Assembly (NCBI GenBank): GCA_001695645.1
Contig: LVZN01000023.1
Coordinates: 108,243 to 140,242, forward strand
Reading direction: 5' to 3'
DNA: 32,000 bases
DNA from: Erysipelotrichaceae bacterium MTC7
GTDB taxonomy: Bacteria > Bacillota_I > Bacilli_A > Erysipelotrichales > Erysipelotrichaceae
Positions 23,843-32,000 of this stretch are shown piece by piece. The notes under the pieces are model-generated. The model searched no databases, was not told the origin of the DNA, and saw nothing but the letters and a program-made list of their open reading frames with translations. The number at the start of each line of letters is the position of its first letter. The stretch's first letter is position 1. The position numbers and the translations under genes were made by a program.

Positions 23843-25186
23843 CTAATTAAATTTTCGTTTTTTAAACATCAGTGTGCCTGCAATTGCAACAGCAAACAAC
23901 AAGCCAATTACATTTGTTGAATCTCCCGTTGCTGGAGCTGATGGTTTTGTTGGTGCTATTTCTGGACTTTGCACAGAACTTTCAACTACTCTTACATCAG
24001 CTTGTACAAACAAGTGTGTGAAACGTAACGCTTCATCTCCCAGGTATCCAGGTCTCGTATCATACTCATCAATGAATTCATATACCTTCCCCTCATCTTT
24101 TACCTTGTAGTAGTATCTAAACGGTTCAAGTTCATCTTTATCTAAGACAATTTTATTGCCTTGAATTCTCCAATTACAGCCAGCTGCGATTGAAACCATC
24201 GTTACATCCAAATCATCAAGAATCAGTTCATAGCCATGTGTCATCTTTTTTGCATCTAAGGTAATGGTATTGCTTGCATAACTTTCACCCAATCCATCAT
24301 CACTCATCCAATTCAAGTCAGCGAAGGTCAAAGAAGCAAGCAAGTCACTTGGCACATTCAGTTGTGACAGTTTATTTCCTGCAACCACCAATTCTTCCAG
24401 TTTTGTTGCTTTACTTAAAAATGTATCTACATTGGTTATATCGGTATTCAACAAATTCAAGTATACTAACTCACTTGGAATGAAATCCAACGATTCCAGT
24501 GGTACATTGTATATGGAAAGCAAAAACACGGAGCTACTAAGGTCTAAACTGGTTAAATTCTTAGCATTGGATACGCTTAATACAATGGGTTCATCTCTTT
24601 CACTCAGCAAAACTTCCGTTGCGTTTATATTTGCTAAACGGAAAACCCGTACATTCGTAACATCGGATAAATCAAGCACACCCGTGGTCCCACCTTCAAT
24701 CTCAATAAAGAATGAATAATCTTCATGAGTCTGTATTTTTACACTTTTCAACGATTTTGCTTCTTTCATATATAACTCAGTGGTACCAACTCCAGAGTTG
24801 AACACCATTTTTGAAAAGTCTAAGATTTCTCCTTGATAATGCAGTATGGTAATATCTGTCAAGCAAGTAAAGAACTCCAAACCCTCAAAGCTTTCAATGT
24901 TATATACGCTACAATCGATCATAAGTTTATTTACAAACAACTCCGTTCGACCCAATTTGCCATCAGCTTCAGCTACAGGTGTAGCCCCACTAACTCTATC
25001 TCTTCCGTCCACTTGTTCATAAAGAAACCTTTGCAATTCAACATCCTTAATATCCTGGATTTCAATACTAACAGATTCATTTGCAATTGCACCCTCTTTT
25101 GTCAACACAGCTTTCTCTTGACCAATCGGTTGCATTCCACCAAACAAACAAGATAATGCCATGACTGCTGTCATCATCAATTTCAT
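23843..25186 (-). CDS. Leucine-rich-repeat cell-surface protein with a PATGD-type sorting signal (paralog-like to 10498..12084)
   Basis: A signal peptide (MKLMMTAVMALSCLFGG) precedes LRR units (LDLSDVTNVRVFRLANINATEVLL..., LNLLNTDITNVDTFL...). A beta-rich C-domain follows, then PATGD (23921-23935), a hydrophobic helix and KKRKFN. I set the start at ATG 25186, behind GAGGGGGA. Confidence 0.8.
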   Translation of the reverse strand: MKLMMTAVMALSCLFGGMQPIGQEKAVLTKEGAIANESVSIEIQDIKDVELQRFLYEQVDGRDRVSGATPVAEADGKLGRTELFVNKLMIDCSVYNIESFEGLEFFTCLTDITILHYQGEILDFSKMVFNSGVGTTELYMKEAKSLKSVKIQTHEDYSFFIEIEGGTTGVLDLSDVTNVRVFRLANINATEVLLSERDEPIVLSVSNAKNLTSLDLSSSVFLLSIYNVPLESLDFIPSELVYLNLLNTDITNVDTFLSKATKLEELVVAGNKLSQLNVPSDLLASLTFADLNWMSDDGLGESYASNTITLDAKKMTHGYELILDDLDVTMVSIAAGCNWRIQGNKIVLDKDELEPFRYYYKVKDEGKVYEFIDEYDTRPGYLGDEALRFTHLFVQADVRVVESSVQSPEIAPTKPSAPATGDSTNVIGLLFAVAIAGTLMFKKRKFN

Positions 25187-25434
25187 ATTATTTATCCCCC
25201 TCGAAACATCTTTACTATACTTTACCAAACTTCATGTTGATTGTCGCCCCTAACCATTCAGTATACAATTTGTTTACAACACGCCAAAAAGGCACGAACT
25301 GTACTATGTACATCCGCACCTTATGGTTACACTCCCTGATATGTATGTTTTGCATGTCTTTACCACTGTCACAGCATCTAAGACCTTACGTTTAGGAGCA
25401 TGGATAAAACTTTTTTATAGGTTACACAAGTTGG

Positions 25435-25890
25435 TTATTTAATTTTCCCACACGTGTAATTGTTTGCTTTCAAGCCTTTTACTAGATCATCAACTTTTTT
25501 AAAATCATTCAAGCCTAGTTCTGTCATATCCGCTTCAGAAACTTTTGATGTGTCCACTTCAACTTTAACTGAAAGTTTTTTTGCTTTTTCATCAACTGAA
25601 ATATCGAAAGTTAAACCTTCTTGCTTCTTATTTGGATTGACATATTTGTCCTTGTATAGTTGTTCAAGTTCTTTGACTTCATAATCTTCAAATAGATAAT
25701 CTGCTAATGCAGCCTCTTGACTTACAATAAGTGATTTTACTTTCTTATCACTATCGTAGGTTACATCTACTTTTTCAGTGACTCCTGAAGCTCCTGAATC
25801 AAACTCACAAGATACATTTTTGTCTTTTGCGCTGCCTTGGCATGCTGCTAAAAGCAGCACCATGCAAAACATGACCATTTTCTTTTTCAT
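25435..25890 (-). CDS. Lipoprotein, possibly of the DUF1307/YehR-like family
   Basis: The lipobox is MKKKMVMFCMVLLLAAC|QGS. The mature part is Lys/Asp/Glu-rich. The SD is CAGGAGGA. The family call is from memory only. Confidence 0.65.
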   Translation of the reverse strand: MKKKMVMFCMVLLLAACQGSAKDKNVSCEFDSGASGVTEKVDVTYDSDKKVKSLIVSQEAALADYLFEDYEVKELEQLYKDKYVNPNKKQEGLTFDISVDEKAKKLSVKVEVDTSKVSEADMTELGLNDFKKVDDLVKGLKANNYTCGKIK

Positions 25891-25973
25891 CTCTATCCTC
25901 CTGTTGTCTTATTTTTTTAAAGGCAAGTAAAGGAATACCTTACATACTCCTCTACTTACGTAAATTACTACTA

Positions 25974-28900
25974 CTATTCTTCTTCTTTTTTGCGTTTTAC
26001 GAGAACGAATGCACCTAACAATGACATCATTGCAAGAGCGACTAAACCGTTCGTACTTGTTGTATCACCAGTACTTGGGTTTGATGTCGTAGGTTCTTCT
26101 TTCGGTGCAATACTTGGCGATTCTATCGGAAGTACAGTTACCTTAATCAGAGTTGCATATTCAATGCCTTGGTGGTTGACTTTCAATTTCATGTCATATA
26201 CGCCACCTTCGCTTGGACTTGCATTTACGGTATTTAAGTGAGGTTCATGTACTTCGATTGCTGCTGCTGTTGGATATCCATCTTTGTTTGATGCATTAAC
26301 TACAACATCAGCACCTGACAGTTCAAGTGAGCGTTCTTTTGTTAAGCTGGCAGCTTCTTTGTATGGGATTGTGAAGTCGTTTGCACGAATTGCCATATCC
26401 ACTTTCACAACGTGTACAGAAATTGTCACCTTGATTGATGGATCTTTCACTACTCTAAATGTCGCTGTGTATGTACCAAGTTTACCTTCGATATTGTGAT
26501 CTTCAACTTCAACTGCTACTAAGGCAAGATCTCTTAATCTATAACCCTCAGCATCTGCAAGTAAGATTAATTGATCATTTGTGATTGTTGAAGCCACTTG
26601 TGTATCAATGGTAATGTTGTTTGCACCAATTGCATAGTTGTCTTCTGATGTAATCACATCTTTTTCAACTACTTTAATTGCAATCGTTACTTTTGTTGCA
26701 GGTTCTTCTACGACATAGAATGTAGCCGTGTAGTTTCCTGCTTCCGCTTTGAAGTTCGTTGATTCTAGCATCACAGTTCCTGCGCTCATATCCTTACGGT
26801 TATACGCTTCGGCTTGTGCTAAACCAACAAGTTCATGGTTATCTGCAATTGCTTGTGCTTGTTCAACGTTCATTACGAGGTTATTTGCCCCAATTGTGTA
26901 CGTATCACCGTGTTCAATTACATCTTTATCCATAACTTTAATTGCGATGGTTACTTTTGTTGCCTGCTCTTCATCAACATAGAATGTTGCTGTGTAATCA
27001 CCTGTTGCTTTTTTGAAGTTTGTGCTTTCAAGTTTTACGGTTCCAGCACGCATGTCCTTGCGGTTGTATGCTTCTGCTTTCGCCAATCCTATCAATTCTT
27101 CGTTTGCAACAATTAGGTTTGCTTCATCTAACGTCATTACGATGTTGTTTGCACCAATTGTGTAACTATCACCATGTTCGATAATGTCTTTATCCATTAC
27201 CTTAATTTTGATTGTAGCTTTTGTTGTTTGTTGTTCATCAACATAGAACGTTGCTGTGTAATCACCTTTTTCATGTTTGAAGTTTGTACTTTCTAGTTTC
27301 ACCGTTCCAGGACGCATATCCTTTCGGTTGTATGCTTCTGCTTGCGATACATCAATCAAGTCTTCATTGTTGGCAATTTGTCTTGCTTCATCCAATGTCA
27401 TAACTAAGTTGTTTGCCGCAATCGTGTAATCATCACCATGTTCAATCACATCTTTATCGAGGACTTTAATTGCGATGGTTACTTTTGTTGCTTTTTCTTC
27501 ATCCACATAGAATGTTGCTGTGTAGTCGCCTTTTGCTTTCTTGAAGTCTGTTGTTTCTAGTTTCACCGTTCCAGCACGCATATCCTTACGGTTGTATGCT
27601 TCTGCTTGTGATAGATCAATCAAGTCTTCATTTCTTGCGATTTGTTTTGCTTCATCCAATGTTAAGACAAGGTTGTTTGCAGCAATTGTGTACGAATCAC
27701 CATGCTCGATAATATCTTTAGCAAGCACTTTAATTGCGATTGTCACTTTCACTGTAGGGTCTTCTACTACGCTAAATGTAGCTGTGTAGTCACCTTTTTC
27801 CTTTTTAAATGTTGTGCCTTCTAGTTTCACAGTCGCTCTGCTCATATCCTTGCGGTTATATGCTTCAGCATCTGCCAACTTGATGAGTTCATCATTATCC
27901 GTGATTTGTTTTGCTTGATCCAATGTGAGAACAAGATTGTTTGCAGCAATTGTGTACACATCACCATGTTCGATTACGTCTTTATTCATAACCTTAATCG
28001 CGATAGTTACTTTTGTTGCTGGTTCTTCTACTACACTGAATGTTGCTTCATAGTCACCTTTTGCTTTCACAAATGTTGTGCTATCCAACTGCACGGTTCC
28101 AACACTCATATCTTTGCGTTTGAATGCCTGTGCTTTTGCTAGTTTGATTAGCTCATCGTTATCTTTGATGGCGTTTGCTTCATCTAAAGTCATCAAGATA
28201 TTGTTTGCACCAATGGTGTATTTATCTCCGTGCTCAATCACATCGTTATCGATAACTTTAATTTTGATTGTGACTGTTGTGTCTAACTCTTCATTCACTT
28301 GGAAGGTTGCTTCATAATCATTAACCTCAGCTTTGAAGTCTGTTGTTTTTAAACTTACCGTTCCTGCAGTTAAGTCTTTTACTTTCCATGCTTCTGCTTT
28401 TGCTAGACTAACCAAGTCATCATTCGTGATCGCTTTTGCTTCATCCAACGTTAGGATAATGTTACTTGCTACGATTGTGTAGTTATCACCATGTGTAATC
28501 ACATCACCTTCGACTACTTTCGCGATTGCATGTGCATCATCTTTTGGCTTTGTTGCATCATCAACTGCAATGACAACGTTATAGTCACCAGGTTTTGCTT
28601 GATAACCATCATTGTCTTTAACGATGAGTTTGTCTTCTGGTACTGGTTGTCCAGTTGCTTTATCCCATGCTTTCGCATCCGTTAAGTCTAAGATTTGTTC
28701 GTTTGTTCCATCAACATCATCTTCTAAGATTACGAAGTTGTTGACATCATAGATGTAATCTTCTCCTACGTATAAACCAACTGCTACGACACGGTTTTTA
28801 CTCACACTGTTTCCATCGCTATCTGTTACGCTGTATGTTACAACATAAACACCTTTGCTACTTGTGTCTACGATTCCTGTTGAAACCACTTGGTCTGTAA

Positions 28901-31900
28901 GGTCACCGTCTTCTGTATCAAGTGCGCTAATTCCATGTCTATAGTCGTATGCATCGCCAATTGCCAATTCCATAAATCCTGGATCAACCGTTAGCATTGG
29001 TTCATCACCAGTTTCCACAGTTACATGTACTTTTACTGTCGTTTCTGGGTGATCTTTAAGTGCATAGATTACGTAGTAGTCCGTTCCATTAACATCCGTG
29101 TCAATGTTCTTGTCAACTACGATAACTTTTTCATCACTTAAGTCTTTTACGTTCCAACCTTGTGCATCTGCCCATCGAATTAAATCAGCATCTGATGGAT
29201 CACTTGCTTTACCTCTTGTGATGGTAAAGTCATTTGCTCCAATTGCGTAGTCATCGTTGGTTGTTAGTTCATCTTTATCCACAACTTTGATGGTCACAGT
29301 AACTTTCGTTGCTGGCTCTTCTTCAACACTAAATGTCGCTTTGTAATCCTTAGCAATTACGGTTGCTGCCGCAAAATCTGTACTTTCTAATTTCACTGTT
29401 CCAGCACTCATGTCTTTACGACTAATTGCTACTGCATTTGCCATCGTCACGAGTGTATCGTTATCGGTGATCGCTTGTGCTTGTTTTACATTCATGATGA
29501 TGTTGTTTGCACCAATCGTGTATGAATCACCATGCACAACAATGTGTCGATCGATTACTTTAATTTGAACAGTTATCTGCGTTTCTGGCTCTTCAACAAC
29601 ACTGAATGTTGCTGTAAAGTCATTCACTTCAGCTTTGAAATCAGTTGTATCTAATTGTACCGTTCCAGCACTCATATCTTTACGTTTGAATGCTTCTGCT
29701 TTTGCTAGTTGAACTAGTTTACCTGTGTCTGTAACTTGTTTGGCTTCATCTAATGACATAATGATGTTATTTGCAGCGATTGTATATTTGTCTCCATGTC
29801 CAATGACGTCTTTTTCAACGACTTTGATTTGGATATCTACTTTCGTTGTCTTTTGTGCATCAACATTAAATGTTGCTGTATAGTTACCTACTGCTTTTTT
29901 GAAATCTGTAGATTCAAGATTAACTTGACCTTCAGATAAATCTTGAATTTTCCAAGCTTTAGCTTTTGCCAGACCAACAAGTGCATCATTGTCTGCTAAC
30001 GCTTTGGCTTGATCAACGGTCATAATGATGTTACTTGCAACGATTGTGTAGTTTCCATCACCACGTTCAATCACATCACCTTCGACTACTTTTGCTGTTG
30101 CTGTTGCATCATCTTTTGGATTTGTTGCATCATCAACGGCGATAATTACCTCGTAATCCTCAGGATCTGAACAATAGCCACCGTTGTCTTTTACAATGAT
30201 TTTGTCATCATCCACCGGTTTTCCAGTTTCTTTATCCCATGCTTTTGCATCCGTTAAGTCTAAGATTTGTTCATCACTTCCAGTTACATCATCTTCAAGG
30301 ATGACAAAGTTATCCAAATCATAGATGTAGTCTTCACCAACGTATAGTCCAACTGAAACAACACGATCTTTACTTACCGTATTGTGATCACTATCCGTAA
30401 CGCTGTACGTTACAACATAAACACCTTTGGTGCTTGTGTCTACCGTTCCTGTTGATACTACTTTCGTTGTCAAATCTCCATCTTCTTCGTCGTATGCACT
30501 AACTCCATTTCTGTAGTCAAATGCATCACCGATTTCCAATGCAACAAATGCTGGATCAACTGTTAATAGCGGTTCATCACCTTTAGAGATTGTTACTTTT
30601 ACAGTAACTGTTGTAGCTGGATCGTTGATTAATTGGAATGTTACATAGTATTCATCAGAAGAAATATCAGTTCCAATGTTTTTCTTTGCAACACTAACTT
30701 TTTCATCACTTAAGTCTTTTAGCTTCCAACCTTGTGCATCCGCCCACTCAATTAGGTCAGCATCTGTATAGTTTTCTGCTTTACTTCGTGTAATAACAAA
30801 GTCATTTGCACCAATCGCGTATTTGTCATCAGCTGTTAATTCATCTTTATCAACAACTTTGATTGTGACAGTCACTGTCGTTGACGGCTCTTCTACTACA
30901 CTAAATGTTGCAGCGTAATCTTTGGCTGTAACTGTCAATGCATCGAAGTTTGTACTGTCTAGTTGTACAGTTCCTTCACTCATATCTTTACGGTTGATCG
31001 CAACTGCTTTACTTAAATCAATAAAGTCATTGTTGTCCACAATCTTAGCAGCATCTTCAAGTTTTAAGATAATGTTATTTGCACCAATTGTGTAGTTATC
31101 ACCATGTTCAATGATATGGTTGTCGATTACTTTAATTTGAATCGTTACTTTTGTTGCTGGCTCTTCTTCAACACTGAATACTGCTGTAAAGTCATTCACT
31201 TCAGCTTTGAAATCTGTTTCGTCTAATTGTACTGTTCCTGCACTCATATCTTTACGTTTGAATGCTTCTGCTTGCGCTAAGCCAATTAGTTCATCGTTTT
31301 CTTTGATTGCTTTTGCTTCATCCAATGTTAAGACTAGGTTGTTTGCACCGATTGTGTATTTATCTCCGTGCTCAATCACGTCTTTATCAATAACTTTAAT
31401 CTTGATAGTAACCGTTGTATCTAACTCTTCATCCACTTGGAAAGTTGCTTCATAATCATTAACCTCAGCTTTGAAGTTTGTTGTTTTTAAACTTACCGTT
31501 CCTTCAGTTAAGTCTTTTACTTTCCATGCTTTTGCTTTTGCTAGACTCACTAGATCATCATTTGTGATCGCTTTGGCTTCATCAACTGTCATGACGATGT
31601 TACTTGCTACGATTGTGTAGTTATCGCCATGTGTAATCACATCACCTTCGACTACTTTCGCGATTGCATGTGCATCATCTTTTGGATCTGTTGCATCATC
31701 GACTGCAATCACTACGTTATAGTCATCAGGTATCGCTTGATAACCATCATTGTCTTTAACGATGAGTTTGTCTTCTGGTACTGGTTGTCCAGTTGCTTTA
31801 TCCCATGCTTTCGCATCCGTTAAGTCTAAGATTTGTTCGTTTGTTCCATCAACATCATCTTCTAAGATTACGAAGTTGTTGACATCATAGATGTAATCTT

Positions 31901-32000
31901 TTCCTACATATAAACCAACGGCAACGACACGGTTTTTACTTACGCTGTTTCCATCGTTATCTGTAACACTGTACGTTACGACATAAACACCTTTCGTGCT
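25974..32000 (-). CDS. Giant repeat-built cell-wall surface protein (putative adhesin); the N-terminus lies outside the window
   Basis: The frame stays open from 31712 to 32000. DNA at 31713-32000 is about 95% identical to 28575-28862 in the same frame, so the Met at 31712 is internal. The protein contains at least 17 repeats of about 88 aa (..HGDxYTIxANNxxxTLDEAKxI...KDMxxGTVxLxxTxFK...YTATFxV...KVTIxIKV). It also has two DUF5011-like Ig domains (..YDEEDGDLTTKVVSTGTVDTSTKGVYVVTYSVTDSD..). The C-terminus is NPSTGD (26064-26078 for PSTGD), a hydrophobic helix and KRKKEEE. Confidence 0.85.
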   Translation of the reverse strand, partial: STKGVYVVTYSVTDNDGNSVSKNRVVAVGLYVGKDYIYDVNNFVILEDDVDGTNEQILDLTDAKAWDKATGQPVPEDKLIVKDNDGYQAIPDDYNVVIAVDDATDPKDDAHAIAKVVEGDVITHGDNYTIVASNIVMTVDEAKAITNDDLVSLAKAKAWKVKDLTEGTVSLKTTNFKAEVNDYEATFQVDEELDTTVTIKIKVIDKDVIEHGDKYTIGANNLVLTLDEAKAIKENDELIGLAQAEAFKRKDMSAGTVQLDETDFKAEVNDFTAVFSVEEEPATKVTIQIKVIDNHIIEHGDNYTIGANNIILKLEDAAKIVDNNDFIDLSKAVAINRKDMSEGTVQLDSTNFDALTVTAKDYAATFSVVEEPSTTVTVTIKVVDKDELTADDKYAIGANDFVITRSKAENYTDADLIEWADAQGWKLKDLSDEKVSVAKKNIGTDISSDEYYVTFQLINDPATTVTVKVTISKGDEPLLTVDPAFVALEIGDAFDYRNGVSAYDEEDGDLTTKVVSTGTVDTSTKGVYVVTYSVTDSDHNTVSKDRVVSVGLYVGEDYIYDLDNFVILEDDVTGSDEQILDLTDAKAWDKETGKPVDDDKIIVKDNGGYCSDPEDYEVIIAVDDATNPKDDATATAKVVEGDVIERGDGNYTIVASNIIMTVDQAKALADNDALVGLAKAKAWKIQDLSEGQVNLESTDFKKAVGNYTATFNVDAQKTTKVDIQIKVVEKDVIGHGDKYTIAANNIIMSLDEAKQVTDTGKLVQLAKAEAFKRKDMSAGTVQLDTTDFKAEVNDFTATFSVVEEPETQITVQIKVIDRHIVVHGDSYTIGANNIIMNVKQAQAITDNDTLVTMANAVAISRKDMSAGTVKLESTDFAAATVIAKDYKATFSVEEEPATKVTVTIKVVDKDELTTNDDYAIGANDFTITRGKASDPSDADLIRWADAQGWNVKDLSDEKVIVVDKNIDTDVNGTDYYVIYALKDHPETTVKVHVTVETGDEPMLTVDPGFMELAIGDAYDYRHGISALDTEDGDLTDQVVSTGIVDTSSKGVYVVTYSVTDSDGNSVSKNRVVAVGLYVGEDYIYDVNNFVILEDDVDGTNEQILDLTDAKAWDKATGQPVPEDKLIVKDNDGYQAKPGDYNVVIAVDDATKPKDDAHAIAKVVEGDVITHGDNYTIVASNIILTLDEAKAITNDDLVSLAKAEAWKVKDLTAGTVSLKTTDFKAEVNDYEATFQVNEELDTTVTIKIKVIDNDVIEHGDKYTIGANNILMTLDEANAIKDNDELIKLAKAQAFKRKDMSVGTVQLDSTTFVKAKGDYEATFSVVEEPATKVTIAIKVMNKDVIEHGDVYTIAANNLVLTLDQAKQITDNDELIKLADAEAYNRKDMSRATVKLEGTTFKKEKGDYTATFSVVEDPTVKVTIAIKVLAKDIIEHGDSYTIAANNLVLTLDEAKQIARNEDLIDLSQAEAYNRKDMRAGTVKLETTDFKKAKGDYTATFYVDEEKATKVTIAIKVLDKDVIEHGDDYTIAANNLVMTLDEARQIANNEDLIDVSQAEAYNRKDMRPGTVKLESTNFKHEKGDYTATFYVDEQQTTKATIKIKVMDKDIIEHGDSYTIGANNIVMTLDEANLIVANEELIGLAKAEAYNRKDMRAGTVKLESTNFKKATGDYTATFYVDEEQATKVTIAIKVMDKDVIEHGDTYTIGANNLVMNVEQAQAIADNHELVGLAQAEAYNRKDMSAGTVMLESTNFKAEAGNYTATFYVVEEPATKVTIAIKVVEKDVITSEDNYAIGANNITIDTQVASTITNDQLILLADAEGYRLRDLALVAVEVEDHNIEGKLGTYTATFRVVKDPSIKVTISVHVVKVDMAIRANDFTIPYKEAASLTKERSLELSGADVVVNASNKDGYPTAAAIEVHEPHLNTVNASPSEGGVYDMKLKVNHQGIEYATLIKVTVLPIESPSIAPKEEPTTSNPSTGDTTSTNGLVALAMMSLLGAFVLVKRKKEEE
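26290..28520 (-). repeat. Uninterrupted tandem array of about 8-9 copies of the 264-bp (88-aa) coding repeat
   Basis: The 264-bp period was checked directly: accatgttc occurs at 27171 and at 27435. Each unit starts with the ..(V/I)IEHGDxYTI(A/G)ANN.. block. Confidence 0.85.
28503..32000 (-). repeat. Super-repeats of about 1569 bp (523 aa), with alternate copies (offset 3138 bp) nearly identical
   Basis: Position 28321 aligns to 31459 and 28503 to 31641, an offset of 3138. About 150 nt (28620-28780 against 31758-31918) appear identical by eye. The intervening copy around 30060-30300 is noticeably more diverged. Confidence 0.85.

Noticed and set aside
31710-31712. The Met at 31712 as the start of the giant protein, as given in the ORF track.
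   Set aside because: The same frame stays open to the window edge. The upstream DNA is homologous, in frame, to internal repeat sequence (28575-28862). No signal peptide follows this Met.
26000-31823. Many plus-strand ORFs of 60-90 aa inside the giant gene, for example 27541..27789, 28078..28317 and 31207..31455, and the near-identical pair 28491..28685 and 31629..31823.
   Set aside because: They lie antisense to a long, clearly coding repeat gene. They recur only because the underlying DNA repeats recur, and they have no SD or independent signals.
26290-32000. A CRISPR array or a DGR template/variable-repeat pair as the explanation for the regular repeats.
   Set aside because: The repeats are 264 bp and 1569 bp long, contiguous and in frame. 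There are no unique spacers. The differences between near-identical copies affect all bases rather than adenines only. No cas or reverse transcriptase gene is present.

Overview
This is a low-GC Firmicute chromosomal window, Erysipelotrichaceae- or Clostridia-like by gene content, and it reads in the standard genetic code. I saw no rRNA, tRNA, CRISPR array, transposase, integrase or recognisable defence system. Most genes are on the minus strand.

Gene content, left to right:
- azlD (partial) and azlC, preceded by a T-box leader.
- A stand-alone PTS EIIA(Lac/Cel) gene.
- An infC-rpmI-rplT operon with an L20-type attenuator leader, an apparent ATT start for infC and an L20 that carries a long Lys/Ala-rich tail. 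A FabT-like MarR gene follows rplT directly.
- A choline/ethanolamine-kinase-like gene convergent with a membrane-anchored GDPD gene.
- An ABC ATPase, permease and YtrA-type GntR unit.
- Group I birA, a yjdI-like gene and vanZ.
- A membrane-anchored hypothetical gene and a possible 32-aa small ORF.
- A leucine-rich-repeat (LRR) surface protein.
- One tightly packed 14-gene lipid-synthesis operon: acpP-accBCDA-fabH-fabK-(fabK paralog)-fabD-fabG-fabF-fabZ-acpS-plsC.
- A second LRR surface protein, a lipoprotein, and a giant repeat-built surface protein that runs off the right edge.

The least ordinary content:
- The surface-protein set. A nested-repeat adhesin of more than 2000 aa and the two LRR paralogs share a non-canonical xPxTGD sorting signal.
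- The roughly 97-aa histone-H1-like tail on L20.
- A FabT-like regulator placed in the translation operon, about 21 kb from a FabT-box-like palindrome at the acpP promoter.

Nothing here convincingly amounts to a new multi-gene system. The findings are graded accordingly.
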